A stretch of DNA of 64,000 nt, taken from NCBI GenBank assembly GCA_002269645.1, contig NIVC01000180.1, forward strand, positions 62,001-126,000, given 5' to 3'. Positions 61,655-64,000 of the stretch are shown here, in pieces; the stretch's first letter is position 1; the number at the start of each line of letters is the position of its first letter. The stretch is from Macrostomum lignano (lineage: Eukaryota). The position numbers and the translations under genes were made by a program. Under the pieces are notes generated by a model, which was not told where the DNA came from, did no database searches, and saw only the letters and a list, made by a program, of their open reading frames with translations.

Positions 61655-64000
61655 CTAGGCGCTGTTGCTTAAATGTCCGTTCCTCGAACACAGACGCACT
61701 ATAGTGTTCAAGAAACGCTGAGGCTTACGCACCAGACGGCCGGAACGGGTCGTCGTAATCGGCGTAGTGACTGGACCAGCTGGAAATGCTTCCACTTTAT
61801 CACTATCCACGGTATCTTGCGCTGGTGGTGTCTCTTGAATACAATGGCTGCCACTCGTTGGACTTTCTGGACGCAAGCCGTCCATTGCAGGCATGGTAGT
61901 GCTGCTTTCATGGACTCGAGATTCTGGCAGCTGTTCTTCTGTGTTGTTCTGCGGTACTTCCACTTCTGCACCAATTTCAGGTACCTGGTAATCCTGTTGC
62001 AGATTCCCCGAGTCTGCCACTTCTATGAAAGCGCTAGGCAAGCTTGGCGACTGGTTTCGTGCTAAACGATCAGGCGACGATGTGTGCGGTGGATCAGGCG
62101 CTGATGTGTGCGGTGGATCAGGCGCTGGTGGATGCGGTGGATCAGGCGCTGATGTGCGCGGTGGATCAGGCGCTGATGTGTTCGGTGGATCAGGCGCTGA
62201 TGTGTGTGGTGGATCAGGCGCTGATGTGTGCGGTGGATCAGGCGCTAATGTGCGCGGTGGATCAGGCGCTGGTGTGTGTGGTGGATCAGGTGCTGATGTG
62301 TGCGGTGGATCAGGCGCTTCGTCATCCTGTGTGTTGGGAACTTCAGCTTCTGGTTCCGGCTCACTGCAGGTAGTGGCCGATGAACCCCAGGAGTCACTGC
62401 GAGACTCGGATTGATCATCCAGTTGGCCTAATCTCGAAGGTGGAATCAGAGCTGGGACCCTGAGTTCGAACCGGTCGGCGATATCTTGGTACGTTTGCTT
62501 GCGGATACACCGCTTCATTCGGTCTACGTTGTAGATGTTATGACTCGGATTTGGTGTTTGGCAGATTGGATTGATGCGAGCGAATTCGGGAATGAGGCGG
62601 TAGTTTCGCTCAGAAACCTTTTGAACTACTTTGTATGGCCCTAACCAGACGGCTGAGTCTAATCCCCGATGGTCGGGGTTGAGTACCCACACCAGTTCTC
62701 CGATTTCGAAGTTGGAGTGAATGGTATTACGATCATAATTCCGCTTTTGCCTCTGTTGGGCCTTACCTCGCTCCATGCGGGCGATCGCCGATACCTCCAC
62801 CAATAGTTTGTGCAGCTTGTGTGCATAACAGTCTGGATCATACCTGTCGTGCCTTGGCGGGTTGAACAGCAGGTCTAGAGGCAGCACAAGTTCCCGACCG
62901 AAAAAGAGCCTGGCTGGGGTCCAGCCTGTGGATTCGGCCACAGTCGTCCGGATTGAAAGACCGGCCAAACGAGCTGCATAGACCCAATTGACTCTTTTTT
63001 CAAGGCAAATTGCACGAATCTGCGCTTTGATTGATTGTATGGTCCTTTCCGCTTTACCGTTTGATTGCGGCCTGTGTGCGGTGATACGTGCCATGTCTAT
63101 TTCAAGTAGTCTGGTGAGCTCCGCTACCGTTTTATTTATGAAGGCCGTGCCATTATCCGAAACAAGTTTCTCCATAGTGCCATATCGAACTATCCACTCG
63201 GTTAGTATAACTGTGGCGGTAGTTGCGGCCGAGACGTCTGGGACAGGCACGATCTCTACATACCCAGAAAAGTTATCTACTAGCACCAGCAAGTAACGGT
63301 TGCCCTCCTGCTCTGGGAAAGGCCCTGCGTGGTCAACGTGCACAATTTGATTTGGATAGCCTGATAAAATTGGTTCTAATGGTTCTTTATTCTTCCGTTT
63401 GTTCTTCTTAGTGCGGCAGCATACCTCGCATTCAGCAATGATTCCCTTCACGAATACTTCGAGGTTTGTGATTTGGAACCTTTGTTTTAAGGCCCGGACT
63501 GTTTTGTTGATTCCGCAGTGATTAATGTCTCTGTGATAGCAGGAAACTAGCTCATCAACATCTGCTGTCTCTGGTATGATTATGAGTCGCTGACTGACTT
63601 GGCCCTGCTTAGCGGGTTTGACGCGAGTCAGAAGGCCATTTACAACTTCGAGTTCGTCAAACATGGCCCAAAGCGTTCGAATTTCACGACTGCAGTCCTG
63701 GACTTCAACCTTAGTTAGTCTTGGAGATTTCCCTTCAACGGCCTCAATCAATCTCACGAGATCTGTGCTAGATTCTTGAGCTTCTCTAGCCCATAGATTC
63801 TCGGAGTTTTCTGACATCTCATCCTCAGATGTTTCTCCCTCCGGGTCCGGATCCTGGGCTGTCGAAGGCAAGCTAAGCGACCGATGGCTTCTGACCTCAT
63901 CCGACCCTTCATGGCTGGTCAAAATCTCGGAAGGATACTTCGGCTCTTGGTTTGATTGGTGGGGCTCCGTCTGGCAGCAAGCGTCTATTTGTGCTGTTCT
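61655..64000 (-). mobile_element. Ty3/Gypsy LTR retrotransposon pol 3' part (integrase); runs off the window edge
   Basis: ORF 63922-61655 has an HHCC zinc finger (YH..INHCG..CEVC), DDE core (HVDHAGP, VSDNG, SNGKAERT), GPY/F motif WLGPYKV and C-terminal TRSGRLVRKPQRF. G-run PPT candidates at about 61298-61338. Confidence 0.9.
62083..62318 (-). repeat. 24-bp in-frame coding repeat (APDPPHTS)n in the integrase C-terminal tail
   Basis: About 10 copies of GGATCAGGCGCTGATGTGTGCGGT. Confidence 0.9.

Noticed and set aside
62025-62414. Plus-strand (GGSGADVC)n and (AVDQALMC)n ORFs
   Set aside because: Antisense readings of the 24-bp repeat in the integrase tail.

Overview
Eukaryotic (invertebrate animal) genomic DNA. 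GC-rich exons and minisatellite-filled introns resemble the flatworm Macrostomum, but the species cannot be verified from sequence alone. Five host genes were reconstructed by hand with GT-AG junctions and consistent intron phases: a single-exon TMEM272-like gene (-), TMEM62 (+, 8 exons), METTL16 (-, 3 exons, one 1-nt frameshift), XYLB (-, 7 exons) and an alpha-carbonic anhydrase (-, 5 exons). Most of the rest is tandem repeats and transposons. The main candidate for novelty is an apparently intact 3.04-kb Chapaev/RAG1-like DDE transposon (24350-27387). Both of its ends read CACAGTG + 23 nt + an A-rich 9-mer, i.e. 23-RSS-like geometry, and it has a 4-bp TSD. Second is a 7.4-kb Mutator-like element whose transposase is fused in frame to a USP (C19) deubiquitinase-like domain. 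Other observations: tandem arrays that multiply splice-donor sites; CpG-poor, TAGGCCTA-rich domains over the 5' parts of two genes; a P-like TIR element carrying a Gypsy RT fragment with a nested SINE; several MITEs with verified TSDs; and a Gypsy integrase at the right edge. No database searches were run, so family calls rest on recognised motifs.
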